64,000 bases of DNA from contig NC_086108.1 in the NCBI RefSeq assembly GCF_963921235.1, positions 87,236,001 to 87,300,000 of the forward strand, written 5' to 3'. Both the position numbers and the translations under genes were made by a program. How positions within the stretch are numbered: the first letter of the stretch is position 1; the number at the start of each line of letters is the position of its first letter. The notes beneath the pieces are model-generated. The model did not search any database. It was not told the DNA's origin and saw only the letters and a list, made by a program, of their open reading frames with translations. Source of the stretch: Mobula hypostoma (lineage: Eukaryota). Shown here piece by piece: positions 50,259 through 62,009 of the stretch.

Positions 50259-50581
50259 CTCATCTCCTTCTACCTTAGGCCATGAACTTATCAATCACCC
50301 CTGATGAGTTATTAACCTCAAACTTTCTGCATAATCACTCAAAGAGTTGAACTGCATGTGCACGTAACGAGAACTGTATAGCTCATCTCCTTCTTACTTT
50401 AGGCCACGAACTTATCAATCACCCCTGCTGTGGGCACTTTCTGGAGGTCCAAGATCCATATGCATGACCGCTGGACTAAGTGTGTAAATGTAGGAGGGGA
50501 CTATGTTGAAAAATAAATGTGCTTGGTTTTCTAACATTGACTCCTTCTACCTTAGGCCACGAACTTATCAATCACCCCTTG
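50259..50581 (+). mobile_element. Mariner-derived non-autonomous element with three direct copies of a terminal repeat
   Basis: CTCCTTCTACCTTAGGCCACGAACTTATCAATCACCCCT x3; HDRWTKCVNVGGDYVEK* at 50463-50516 resembles a mariner transposase C-terminus. Confidence 0.8.
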
Positions 50582-50611
50582 TGTCTGTGTGTGTATATAT
50601 ATATATATATA

Positions 50612-52010
50612 TGTAGGTGGCAAGATTTATCACTGACTTTGATTTGGCCAACAACAGGGTGCCATCAACAAGCTTAAATATCACATTGGAGTTGCGCTTA
50701 ATCTCACATTCAAAAGTAGAAAGTGAGTAGAAAAGGGGGCTGTGCACACTAAACACACAGCCTTGTGGTGCATCAGTGCTGATGGAGATTGTGGAGGAGA
50801 TGTTGTTGCCAATCAGAACTGACTGGGGTCTGCAAGTCAGGAAATCAAAGATCCACTTGCACAAGAAGGTTTTGAAGCCAAGGTCTTAAAGCTTATTGAT
50901 TAGTTGTGAGGTGATGATAGTATTGAATGCCAAGCTATAGTCACTGAAGAACTTCCTGATGCATGCACCTTCACTGTCCAGACGTTCCAGGGATGAGTGA
51001 AAGGGCACCTGCTGTTGGCCTGTTGTGACAGTAGGCAAACTGAAGTGGAATCAATTTGCTTCTCAGGCGGGAGTTGATATGTTTCATCATCAACTTCCTA
51101 AAGCACTTCATCACTGTGGATGTAAGGGTTACTGGATGATAGTCATTGTGGAAGGTTACCACCTACACCTTAGGCACTCGTATAATTGAAGCCTGCTTGA
51201 ACCAGGTGGGAAGCTCAGTCTTCTGAAGCAACAGATTAACAGATTTCATCGGTGAAACCCAACGCAGATTGGGGGACCGCTTCGTCGAGCACCTCCGCTC
51301 CGTCCGCCACAACAGACAGGATCTCCCAGTGGCCACCCACTTCAACTCTACTTCCCACTCCCATTCAGGTATGTTCATACATGGCCTCCTCTACTGCCAT
51401 GATGAGGCTAAACTCAGGTTGGAGGAGCAACACCTCATATACCGTCTAGGTAGTCTCCAGCCCCTTGGTATGAACATAAAATTCTCCAACTTCCGGTAAT
51501 TCTCCCCCTCCCTTCTTCTATCCCTATGTCACTCTGTCCCCTCCCCCAGCTGCCTATCACCTCCGTCATGGTTCGGCCTCCTTCTACTACCCACTGTGTT
51601 TTCCCCTATTCCTTCTTCACCTTACCTGCCTATCACCTCCCTGCTTCCCCTCTCCCACCCCTTTATCTTTCCCCTTACTGGTTTTTCACCTGGAACCCAC
51701 CAGCCTTCTCCTTCCCACTCTCCCCCCACCTTCTTTATAGGGCCTCTGCCCCTTCCCTCTACAGTCCTGACAAAGGGTTCCGGCCCGAAACGTTGACCGA
51801 TCTTTTCCACGGATGCTGCCCGACCTGCTGAGTTCCTCCAGCGTGTTGTGAGTGTTAGATTAACTCTCTGGACTCCAGCCAGTTGATCAGCACAGGTCAT
51901 TAGCACACACCCAGGTATTCTTTCAGGGCTGGATGCTTTCTGTGGGCTCATTTTCCAGAAGGTTACTCTTACATCAGCCTTAGAGACTGAGATTACAAGG
52001 TCATCAGGTG
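50612..52010 (-). mobile_element. Rex1-like RT fragment interrupted by Penelope
   Basis: NDYHPVTLTSTVMKCF, PLQFAY, WIFDFLT.RPQSV, APQGCV. Confidence 0.85.
51241..51856 (+). mobile_element. Penelope-like element 3' part
   Basis: IGETQRRLGDRFVEHLRSV...LEEQHLIYRLGSLQP.GMN; hammerhead-like motif at 51762-51799; 8-bp TSD AGATTAAC. Confidence 0.9.
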
Positions 52011-52227
52011 TTGTTGAAGTTCATGAAGTTTCCTCAAAGTTTCTTCATGATGGTTAAAGCAAGCATTAAAAGCATTGAACTCAGCTGGGAGCAAAGCCTT
52101 GTTGTCACCCATGTGGCTTATTTTCACTTTGTAGGATGTGACAGCATTCAAGCCCTGCCACAGCTGTCAAGCATCCTTCAGAGATTCCAGTTTAGTCCAG
52201 AAGTGCTATTTTGCACAGGAGGTCTTT

Positions 52228-54010
52228 GAACCTGGATGAGTATGCTGCAGTTGTTAACAACTTCATTAAAACCTGTGTGGATGAGGGTGCCTACAAAAAC
52301 TTGCTGTACATTCCCAAACTAAAAGCAATAGATGAACCAGGAGGTACGTCATCTGCTGAAGGCTAGAACTGTGGCATTCAAGTCTGGTGACCCAAGTCTG
52401 TACAGGAGGGCTATTTCAAGGGTGAAGAGACAATTCCAAGTGAGGTTGGAGGCAATATCCGATGCACGACAACTCTGGCAGAGTTTGCAAGACATTACTT
52501 CCTACAAAGAAAAACTGAATAGCGTTAAAGGTAGCAATGCTTCACCACCAGATGAGCTCAACACGTTCTATGCCCGCTTTGAAAGGGAGAATATAACTAC
52601 AGCTGTGAAGATCCCTGCTGCACCCAGTGACCCTGTGATCTCTATCTCAGAGGCAGATGTTAGACTGTCTTTAAAGAGAGTGAACCCTCGCAAGGCAGCA
52701 GGCCCTTAACGAGTAGCTGGTAAGACCCTGAAAACATGTGCCAACCAACTGACTGGAGTATTCAAGGACATTTTCAAACTCTCAATGCAGTAGTTCCCAC
52801 GCTTCAAAAAGTCAACAATTGTACCAGTGCCTCAGAGGAGTAGTGTCAGCTGCCTTAATGACTGTCGCCCAGTAGCATGCACATCTACAGTGATGAAATG
52901 CTTTCAGAGGTTGGCCATGACAAGAATGAATTCCTGCCTCAGCAAGGACCTGGACCCATTGCAATTTGCCTTTTACTACAATAGGTCTACGGCAGACACA
53001 ATCTCAATAGATCTTCAGAGGGCCTTAGATCACCTAGACAAAACAAACACCTATTTCTGGATGCTGTTTGTTGACTATAGCTCAGTGTTTAACACCACCA
53101 TTCCCATAATCCTGATTGAGAAGTTACAGAACCCGGGCCTCTGTACCTCTGTCTGCAATTGGATCCTTGACTTCCTAACTGGAAGACCACAATCTGTGCA
53201 GATTGGTAATTATACCTCCTCCGCGCTATCAATCAACACCAGCACACCTTGGGTGTGTGCTTAGCCCACTGCTCTACACTCTCTACACCCATGACTGTGT
53301 GGATAGGTATAGCTCAAATATCATCTGCAAGTTTGCTGATGATACAACCATTGTTGGTAGAATCTCAGATGGAGATGAGAGGGTGTACAGGAGCAAGATA
53401 TACCAGTGAGTTGAATAGTGTCATAGCAACAAACTTGCACTTAATGTCAGTAAGGCCAAAGAGCTGATTGTTGGCTTCAGGAAGGGTAAGGCGAGGGAAC
53501 ATGAACCAATCCTCATAGAGGGATCAAAACTGAAGAGAGTGAGCAATTTTGAGTTCCAGGGTATCAAGATCTCTAAGGATCTAACCTGCTCCCAAAAAAA
53601 AGATGCAGCCATAAAGAAGGCAAGACAGTGACTGTACTTCATTAAGTTTGTCAAATAAAACACTCAAAAACTTCTATAGTTGTACTATGGAGAGTAGTCT
53701 GACAGGCTACATCACTGTCTGGTATGGGGGGGTGGTGTGGTGGTGTGGCTACTGCACAGGACCGAAAGGAACTACAGAAAGTTGTGAAATTACTCAGTTC
53801 CATCTTGGGTACTGGCCTACGTAGTACCTGAGACATCTTCAAGAAGCGGTGCCTCAGAAAGGTGATGTCCATTATGAAGGACACCAATTATCCAGGACAT
53901 GCCCCCTTCTCATTGCTACCATCAGGAAGGAGGTACACAAGCCTGAAGGCACATTCTCAGCTATTCAAGAACAGATTTTTCCCCTCTGCCATTGAATTCC
54001 TAAATGGACA
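52228..54010 (+). mobile_element. Rex1/Babar-like LINE, long decayed ORF
   Basis: NPRKAAGP, CLNDCRPVA.TSTVMKCF, LDPLQFA, LFVDYSS.FNT, KFADDTTIVG, LLPSGRRY. Confidence 0.9.
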
Positions 54011-55647
54011 TTTATATATATATATATATCTTATGGTTCATCCAGGACTGTGAAAATCCTGAAATAATAACTTAAAAAGAAATAATTTTTAAAAGTAACA
54101 TGCCTTCCCCTTAGTCTCTGAAACCCCATGATTTCCATTGAAATCATTGTGGTCTTCGACAGTAAACTAATCAAACCATTCAAAAGAAACAGCAAGATTT
54201 GGCCTTATAAATTTAATGTGGTAACCATCTCTCTATATAAATCTGTTCTTTAACTAGTAAAGAATATTACATATTTTAAAAAGCAATCTAAAAATATGAA
54301 TATCTGAACCTCCAGCTCATTTTTGAATAGCTGGCTACTGGCAAACTCAAACCATGAGGCCTTTTGAAGTGTGTAGTAATCCAGGAACCATGGCAACCAA
54401 ATTGGAAAAAAACGTATTAAGTGTTTTTTCATGAACAATCAATTTTCAGAGCTAGGCTTTTTTACCCCTCTATTAAAATATCTTCACCTTTGTCTTCTGC
54501 TTGGATCAATCCAGGATATTCACTTACACAAGGCGTATAATGGAAGTGGTACTTTATACCACAATTTATACTGCCTGCAGAATGATAAGTGAAAATAGAC
54601 TCTGATGCACTTTAGCAGTATATTCTACACTGTCTATCCATTACCTGTGCCTGGTGCTCATTGTCAGGAAGTTATTCCAAGGAAAAGATTTGGGATTTTT
54701 TATTTGGTTACAAATCAGATTAAGTTGCTTTCCTTCTTCTTAAAATAAAATGATAGAGATTTGATTAATTGGCTTTTATGTATAGTTGAAGATCATTTAG
54801 AACGGATGAGCTAACCTAAATAACTCTTCCAATAAACTAGAGAGTTCAATCATTTGGCCTTTGTACAGAAGAAAAAGGTTATGTGGCACGGTAATGTTAT
54901 ATTGTTGTTTGCCTCAAATAATTCAGGAAAATCTAGAGGGAGCAGTTTAAGACTGGGCACAAAATCCATTTCCAATCAGACCTTTCATTTCATTTTTATT
55001 TTTCTGTCCATTAACTCATCGTGTTGTGAGAAGTCCTTCCCGCTCCTTTCGGATAATTGGAATCCAGGCAGGACACTTAGCAGCAGTACAGATTCGTTGA
55101 ATGTCGCAAAGCCATTTTGAGGCTGGAGATTACTAAGATGCTTAAGCTAAGTCTCACATTCCCATTATAGCCAGAACCCATCCACTCTAGTCAACTCCCT
55201 GAATCTGCAGCAAAAATTGAGAAGCCGACCTTATCAAAGCTTAATAGAATTCTGATTGAGTTCCAGCTGTAGAATGTTTCTGCAGCAGTTATGGTTTTCC
55301 CCAGTGACTTGCCTACTTTATCCAGTTAGTGATTGTACCAGACGGGTCAAAATAGTCTTGTTTTCAGATCTCATTTTTGCTGAGGGAAGTGAAACCTTTG
55401 TTGAGTTCAGTTTCATGGCTCTCAATGCCCAAGAATCAAAAAGTCCTATTTTGATTCTGATCATTTTCTGGAAACCTTGAGTTCACTCAAATAGCCCACA
55501 GTAAAGCTTCAAGTGTGCATTATGCCCATATATGGAAGATAAAACAATGCAGGCTACATCCATAAAACTGCTCCTCCAAGAGAAGCAACACACATCAAAG
55601 TTGCTAGTGAACGCAGCAGGCCAGGCAGCACCTTTAGGAAGAGATAC

Positions 55648-55683
55648 AGTCGACGTTTCGGGCCGAGACCCTTCGTCAGGACT
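55648..55683 (-). ncRNA. Minimal hammerhead ribozyme motif (antisense copy)
   Basis: Exact reverse complement of 55829-55864. Confidence 0.65.
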
Positions 55684-55828
55684 AACTGAAAGAAAAGCTA
55701 GTAAGAGATTTGAAAGTGGGAGGGGGAGGGGGAGATCCAAAATGATAGGAGAAGACAGGAGGGGGAGATTTTGGATCTCCCCCCTCCCCCTCCCACTTTC
55801 AAATCCCTTACTAGCTTTTCTTTCAGTT

Positions 55829-55864
55829 AGTCCTGACGAAGGGTCTCGGCCCGAAACGTCGACT
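55829..55864 (+). ncRNA. Minimal type I hammerhead ribozyme motif
   Basis: Stem I AGTC/GACT; core CTGACGA; extra A; stem II GGGT-CTCG-GCCC; GAAA; loopless palindromic stem III ACGT; GTC cleavage triplet ending at 55860. Confidence 0.65.
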
Positions 55865-56065
55865 GTATCTCTTCCTAAAGGTGCTGCCTGGCCTGCTGTG
55901 TTCACCAGCAACTTTGATGTGTGTTGCTTGAAATTCCAGCATCTGCAGATTTCCTCATGTTTGCGTCCTCCAAGAGAAGTCAGCAAATTCAGGAAACAAT
56001 GGTGGGGGTGGGGGGGAATCTGCTGAAACAAGGGAGCAAAATATCTCATGCCCCTAACATTATCA

Positions 56066-56196
56066 CTAATAAAGGACCTCAGCCTGAAACTTTGTCTTAT
56101 TATTCTTTTCCGTAGATGCTGCCTAACTTGCTGAGTTTCTCCAGCATTTCGAGTGTATTATTCTGGATTTCCAGTATCTGCAGAATCTCATATGCT
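56066..56196 (+). mobile_element. Short Penelope terminal element starting at a degenerate hammerhead core
   Basis: CTAATAAAGGACCTCAGCCTGAAAC...CTGCAGAATCTC; 14-bp TSD TA(A/G)CATTATC(A/G)CTA. Confidence 0.7.
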
Positions 56197-56311
56197 TAGC
56201 ATTATCGCTATTTGGTCTGCCAATAGCTTGGGAGAGGTATTACAAAAGGGTATTCTGGAGTCAGGTCTGATCTTATTTTGTATTTGTTCTTCTTTTGGGA
56301 ATTCTTTACTC

Positions 56312-56648
56312 GAAGATTGTTCCCGATGTTGGGGAAGTCCAGAACGAGGGGTCACAGTTTGAGGATAAAGGGGAAGCCTTTTAGGACCGAGATTAGGAAA
56401 AACTTCTTCACACAGAGAGTGGTGAATCTGTGGAATTCTCTGCCACAGGAAACAGTTGAGGCCAGTTCATTGGCTATATTTAAGAGGGAGTTAGATATGG
56501 CCCTTGTGGCTACGGGGATCAGGGCGTATGGAGGGAAGGCTGGGGCGGGGTTCTGAGTTGGATGATCAGCCATGATCATAATAAATGGCGGTGCAGGCTC
56601 GAAGGGCCGAATGGCCTACTCCTGCACCTATTTTCTATGTTTCTATGT
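56312..56648 (+). mobile_element. Young CR1 3' end
   Basis: LFPMLGKSRTRGHSLRIKG...FFTQRVVNLWNSLP; (TTTCTATG)n tail. Confidence 0.9.
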
Positions 56649-59211
56649 AAGTGGATGGGGGAAGAGTGACCAGATTTCATGTCAAAATCCAAAAGGTGCT
56701 CCTGCAACCATCACAAACCCAAACTTCTAAAACAGCCAATAGCTGAATGAGTTCCAGGCCAGTATTACTCAGTCTTAAATTATTTCATAAATAATCCTTA
56801 AGTGGACCTGTGGAGGTCCCCTCCTTTTAAAAAAAACAACAAAAATTTTATATTATTATTTTCTGTGTTGTCAAAAGGATCAAGAGAGCTGCTTCCCCTC
56901 CACAAGAAAAGTGTGACTAGCCAGAGCATAATTGCACCATACCCAAGGACAATGTGTTACATATTGCATTGAGCATTAAATTAAACAGTTTTATTGAGTC
57001 ATGTTAGTAATGGCACATGCTGTGCAATTTGCAGTCCGGGAGCAATGAGCCAAGCCCACCAAGGCAAAAGATAGATGTGCACTCGAAAGCCCACACCCAA
57101 AAGAGAGAGCCCTCCATGCATAGGAGGGCCAAGTGAGATCAAATGGCTGCATGTACACTCGCCACATTCCCACAATCAATCTGATGTGGTACACAATGTG
57201 TTTTCATCCACTACCAGCTCAATGCCCCAACTCCCCGCAAGCAGTCCTCACACCACCAAATAGCCAACTGCCTCAGACATTCCCATGAGCAGGCAAAAAT
57301 TAACCATGGTCCGACTGAAGCTTTGAATTCATCTTAATTATGATAATGAGTCCTCAGAATGAACTCAATTCAGTTATCAATCATTTTCCATTCTGATCAG
57401 CTGCTGTAGCTTGCTGCCGGAATCAGTTTGGGGCCTCCCAACTTTCATGCAGTTTTGATTATATTACACACATTGAAAATTTAGCAGATAACGTTTGGCC
57501 TTGTTGGCATAGTATAATATACGACTGTGCCTTGTCTTGAAGTGCAATCACTGCAGACCAGCTAAGTTGGGAGATTCCATTAAACATTGCCTGGTGAAGT
57601 TAGCTGTGAATTTGCAGAGGTCAATTTGATCAACTCTGATCCCAATTTTATTTAGTTTCTTGCTTCGTTGTAAAACAGGTAATAATTACAAATAAGCATT
57701 GGCCCTTTGGCTTTGCAATTTCCAAGGGAAATGTTTCAGAGTAATGTTGACCCATGTAGAATATTTAATCAAATACAATTCAGCTGATTTCCCATGCCAT
57801 TGTTCAAAGCAAGTCAAGTGATAAAGCTGTTCAATAAACTCATTCTCTCATTTTAGATGATGCACCTCCATGTGTCATTTTTAATGACAATGATTTCTGT
57901 CAGTCAGAAATTTATGGCTATCTGTAACATAATTAAGTCAAGGTTTAGTGTCACAACTTTGAGCCTTGAAAATGAAAGGACCAAATGGTTTCCATTATTG
58001 GAGAGGGGGTGTTGGAGGTTTGAAACTGTCTATTTTCTGCGGGAACTGCATGGACGCGCAAGTGTTTACGAATGACGTGCTGAGCTGAGCGTTATATCTC
58101 TCTTCACTCCTCTAATACAGCATTCAATTGCCCCTACTTTTCCTCCACCCATTTCCCCCTCCCTTTCCCAGCCCATACCATGTGGTGCAGATGTTGCCCT
58201 AGGACCTCCAGTGCAAGAATTTTGCAGATTCACCTCGATGTCAACAAAGGCTTACTGCTATTCTGAGAGCTGGATCAGTGACAGAGCTCTGTAAGAGGAA
58301 CAAGGTTAGTAAAATTACTGGAGTCAAAAGCCAGTCCAAGCTTTAGAAAAGAGGAATACTTAACCGACACTTAATATGCTTTATGACCTGAGTCCTGGTG
58401 GTCTCAGTGAAGTATGTTTGGTGACCAAACATCAATGGATTGTAATCAGTAGAAGGAAAACAGTTCCAGTGAACCCTATCTGATGAAAATAGAAACCCTG
58501 TAATACAGAGCACTGTGAAGAATAAGTATATCTTTAGCTCTAGATTATTTATAAACATAAAGGGACATTCAGGTATGTGCAGGAATCTGGGATAACTGAG
58601 AGAAAGCTTAAGCATGACAGACTTCATTTGTCAATTGCTGTCTCTGATGCCAATGGAACAAGTGATGCTTACTTTAAAAGTCTATCACAGTTAATAGCAC
58701 AATATTCTCTCCCTATTATACAAAAAAATCCATTACAAGGATTATAAATGCATTAGAAGTTGAACTCTAATCAATATGTTGATACTGGAGGCGTTTGTTT
58801 CAATTAGTTTTATCGAGTAATCAGATAATTTGAAATGAATGCTGGGAAGCAGAGTTGATGTAAAACCAGCACTATTGCAATTGCTTTTGCTGAAGCCTTT
58901 CTGGTCCAGAATTAATGGGGATATTATCTATGCTATTAGGATGTCCTTATTAAAGTTGGCCATGGAAGCCCTGTGGCAATAAAGTTATCAACAAAGAATG
59001 ATGTCCATTAGGCCAAAAGAGATTTCCTGAAGGGTCCGAAAGGTGCTAGTCAATATTAGCCAAGGGTTACTACTTGTTAGAGCAAAAACAGAATCACGAA
59101 CTGTAAATATCACTGCAGAAGTCATTCTTCTCTAAGATCTGAGAACGATGATGTTTATATTTCATTATTCTGTGTCTTTCCATCCTCTGAGTATGCCATT
59201 CTGATTGTTTG

Positions 59212-59535
59212 GGTTGGCACAGTAGCACAGCGGTTAGTGCAATCACTTTACAGTGCCAGCGATTCGGGTTTGATTCCAGTCACTGTCTGTAAGGAGTTTA
59301 CGCATTCTCCCCATGGATGCATGGATTTCCTTCAGATGCTCCAGTTTCTTCTCACCAGCCGAACACATATGAGTTAGGGTAGCTGTGAGTTGCGGGTGTG
59401 CTAAGTTGGTACCAGAAACATGGTGACGCCTGCCGGCTGCCCAAAATATCACAGAATTTAAAAAAAGAAATCAAACAACACATTTCACTATGTTTCAATG
59501 TATTGATGTACAAAGAGAGATGATCTTTATCTTTA
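59212..59535 (+). mobile_element. V-SINE, Rex-type tail
   Basis: TGGCACAGTAGCACAGCGGTTAG head, GGTTTGATTCC, V-domain, CATTTCACTATGTTTCAATGTA tail. Confidence 0.8.
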
Positions 59536-60254
59536 TTTTCTACAAGCCACTTTAGCCTTCCAGAAAAAAAAATGGGTTTGTCAGCCCCTCAAGCTTGTGT
59601 GGTTACATTAGCACAGACAGTAATTCACATGCAATGATACTACTGCAAAGTTCAACAGCAAGTGACAATTGCTAGGCAAACTCATCTATCCATATTCAGA
59701 GGAATATGGAGTGGGAGTAGACAAAGAAAGAAAGAGCCAGACCAATTTAAGCAAATTTGACAAAGTTCTTTACTTTCTGCAGCAAGTTTGGAGTTTATTT
59801 CACTTGGGTTTGGAAGAATGAACACAATGCAGAAAGAAATTGTTTCCAGCAGAGCTGTCAATTGTTTTCTGTGGAGAATGATGTGAACTCTGCGTCTGTC
59901 AATTCAGAATGAAGCCCATTCAATATCCTTCACCATTTTTATCTTTGTTCTGCTACACTTTGTTAAATGGGGGCATCTTGTTTTCTTCCTCTGTTGATTC
60001 ATTCCTCAAACGGATAACTTTGAAGATATTGGGTTGGAGTTTGACTTATTGGCAAAGTAAATGGCATTCTCCTCAGAAGCTTGCAGATTTAGGTTCATTC
60101 TTTCTCTTTTCTGATATTGATTGTTGTTAGGTTATTCTTCAGGGGGATCTTTGATGTCAACAATTGTTATATCATCATGCTGACATCTTGTCAGATCATT
60201 CCCAACATAAGTATATCATGATAGCAAAAAAAAAAGAAACAATGTAATGTTACA

Positions 60255-61190
60255 GTATCAGAATCAGAATCAGGGTTAGTATCACTGGTATATTTTGTGA
60301 AATTTGTTAACTTTGCGGCAGCAGTACAATGCTGATAACAGAGAAGGAAGTGTGAATTACGGTACTGTATGTATGTGTGTGTGTGTATATATATATAATA
60401 GTTAAATTTTAAAAACAGTGCAAAAATAGAAATAAAAATGTAGTGATGTAGTGTTCATTGAGGCACCACTCCTTGAAGATGACCTGGATACTATGGAGGC
60501 TAGTGCCCAAGATGGAGCTGACTAACTTTACAACTCTCTGCAGCTTACTTCAATCCTGTGCAGCAGCCTAGATCCCCCTCCCCATTCTACAGTGATGCAG
60601 CCAATCAGAACGCTCTCAATGTTACTGCTGAAGAAACTTGCGAGTGTTTTAGTTGACTTACCCAATCTCCGCGTATTCCCAATGAAATACAGCCGTTGTC
60701 TTGCTTTCTTTATAGCTGCATCGATATGTTGGGACCTGGTTACTTCCTCAGAGATACTTACATACAGGAACTTGAAATTGCTCGCTCTCTCCCTTCTAAT
60801 CCTCTGTAAGTACTGGTGTGCATTCCTCGTCTTATCCCTTCTGAAGTCCACAATCAGTTCTTTGGTCTTACTGATGATGAGTGCAAGGTTATTGCTGTAA
60901 CACCACTCAGCTAGTTGGTATATCTTGCTCCTGTACATCCTCTCACCACCAGCTGAGATCCTACAAACTATGGTTGTATCATCAGCAAATTTATAGATGG
61001 CATTTGAGCTGTGCCTAGCCACACGGTCATGGTTATGGAGAGTAGAGCAGTGGGCTAAGCACATATTCCTGGGGTGCCCCAGTGTTGATTGTCAGTGAGG
61101 TGGAGATGTTATCTCCAATCTGTGCAGATTGTGGTCTGCCTGTTAGGAAGTTGAGAATCCAGTTGCAGAGGGGGGTACAGAGCCCAGTAA
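60255..61190 (-). mobile_element. Rex1-like LINE 3' portion
   Basis: YKFADDTTIV, SKTKELIVDFR, KKARQRLYF; (TCAGAA)n tail. Confidence 0.9.
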
Positions 61191-61639
61191 CAGAGAAAGT
61201 GAGGTGCAGATCAGCAAATAAAGTATTAGAGCCTGGATGAGGTAAACTGGGAGATCAAGAGTTCATTTTTTTTTGTTTTAGTGGTTTACCTTTATCATAT
61301 AAGTGTTCTAGACAGCGGGGCAGAAGTTGTTCTGGAGCTTGGTGGTACACGAAGGAGAGAGAAGAGAGAACGACCAGGGTGGGGGTGTCCTTGATTATGT
61401 TGGCTGTTTACCACAAGGCAGGGGGGCATGTAGACAGAGGGGAAGGGAGCTTCATTTTCATGATGGGCTGTATTACATTCATAAATCTCTGCTCTTTCGC
61501 AGGTCTAAGGCAGAACAGATGCCCAGGCAGGATCAGGGAATCACCAGATTAACTTCATCCTGTAAGTCACAGAAATCCTGTCCAGTGGTAATTTCCATCA
61601 GGAAAGCTCCGGGAAAAAAATGGGCACCATATAGAATTC

Positions 61640-61880
61640 AAGGAACAGAGATGAAGAGCAATTTCTTTCGGCCCAGTGTGGTGAATCTGTGGAATTCATT
61701 TCCACAGACAGCTGTAAAGGCCAAATCATTGGCTATCTTTAAAGCTGAGGTTCTTGATTGCTAAGAATGTTAAAGGATATGTGGGAAAGGCAAATAATGG
61801 TATTGCAAAGAATAATAAACCAGCCATGATGGAATTGCGGAGCAGACTTGATGAGATTCTGTTCCTATGTCTTATGGTTT
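61640..61880 (+). mobile_element. CR1 3' end
   Basis: TEMKSNFF...VVNLWNSFPQ.AV. Confidence 0.75.
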
Positions 61881-62009
61881 CGTGACTTGATGAGGAAAGT
61901 TGAGCTTGTCTGTAGTCTAAAACGTGTCAACAAATATTTCACCAGATGTTCATGTGGACGACAGAGCCAGATGCACTGGGCTCATCTCGTTGTTTGAGCA
62001 AAGGCGTAA

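Larger units (their letters stand above)
55586..55965. mobile_element. Young fold-back (palindromic) Penelope terminal-repeat element
   Basis: Arms 55583-55743 and 55768-55929 (3 mismatches, 1 indel), 24-nt loop, 36-nt tail; perfect 14-bp TSD TCCTCCAAGAGAAG at 55572-55585 and 55966-55979. Confidence 0.92.

Noticed and set aside
50259..50581. CRISPR array
   Set aside because: Only three repeats with 79- and 114-bp spacers, no cas genes, a eukaryotic context, and one spacer encodes a mariner transposase C-terminus.
54854..55480. Host gene ORFs of 88 and 74 aa
   Set aside because: Non-ATG starts, no motifs, length within random expectation.
55583..55929. Assembly artefact explanation for the palindrome
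   Set aside because: The arms differ at four positions, a 14-bp TSD flanks the whole, and older analogous structures exist in the window. Raw reads would settle it.
55483..56049. Two overlapping ORFs (188 and 164 aa) with near-identical peptides on opposite strands
   Set aside because: A direct by-product of the DNA palindrome; no protein motif.
58172..58304. Coding exon after the polypyrimidine tract
   Set aside because: All three frames contain stops before the AAG|GTTAGT donor.
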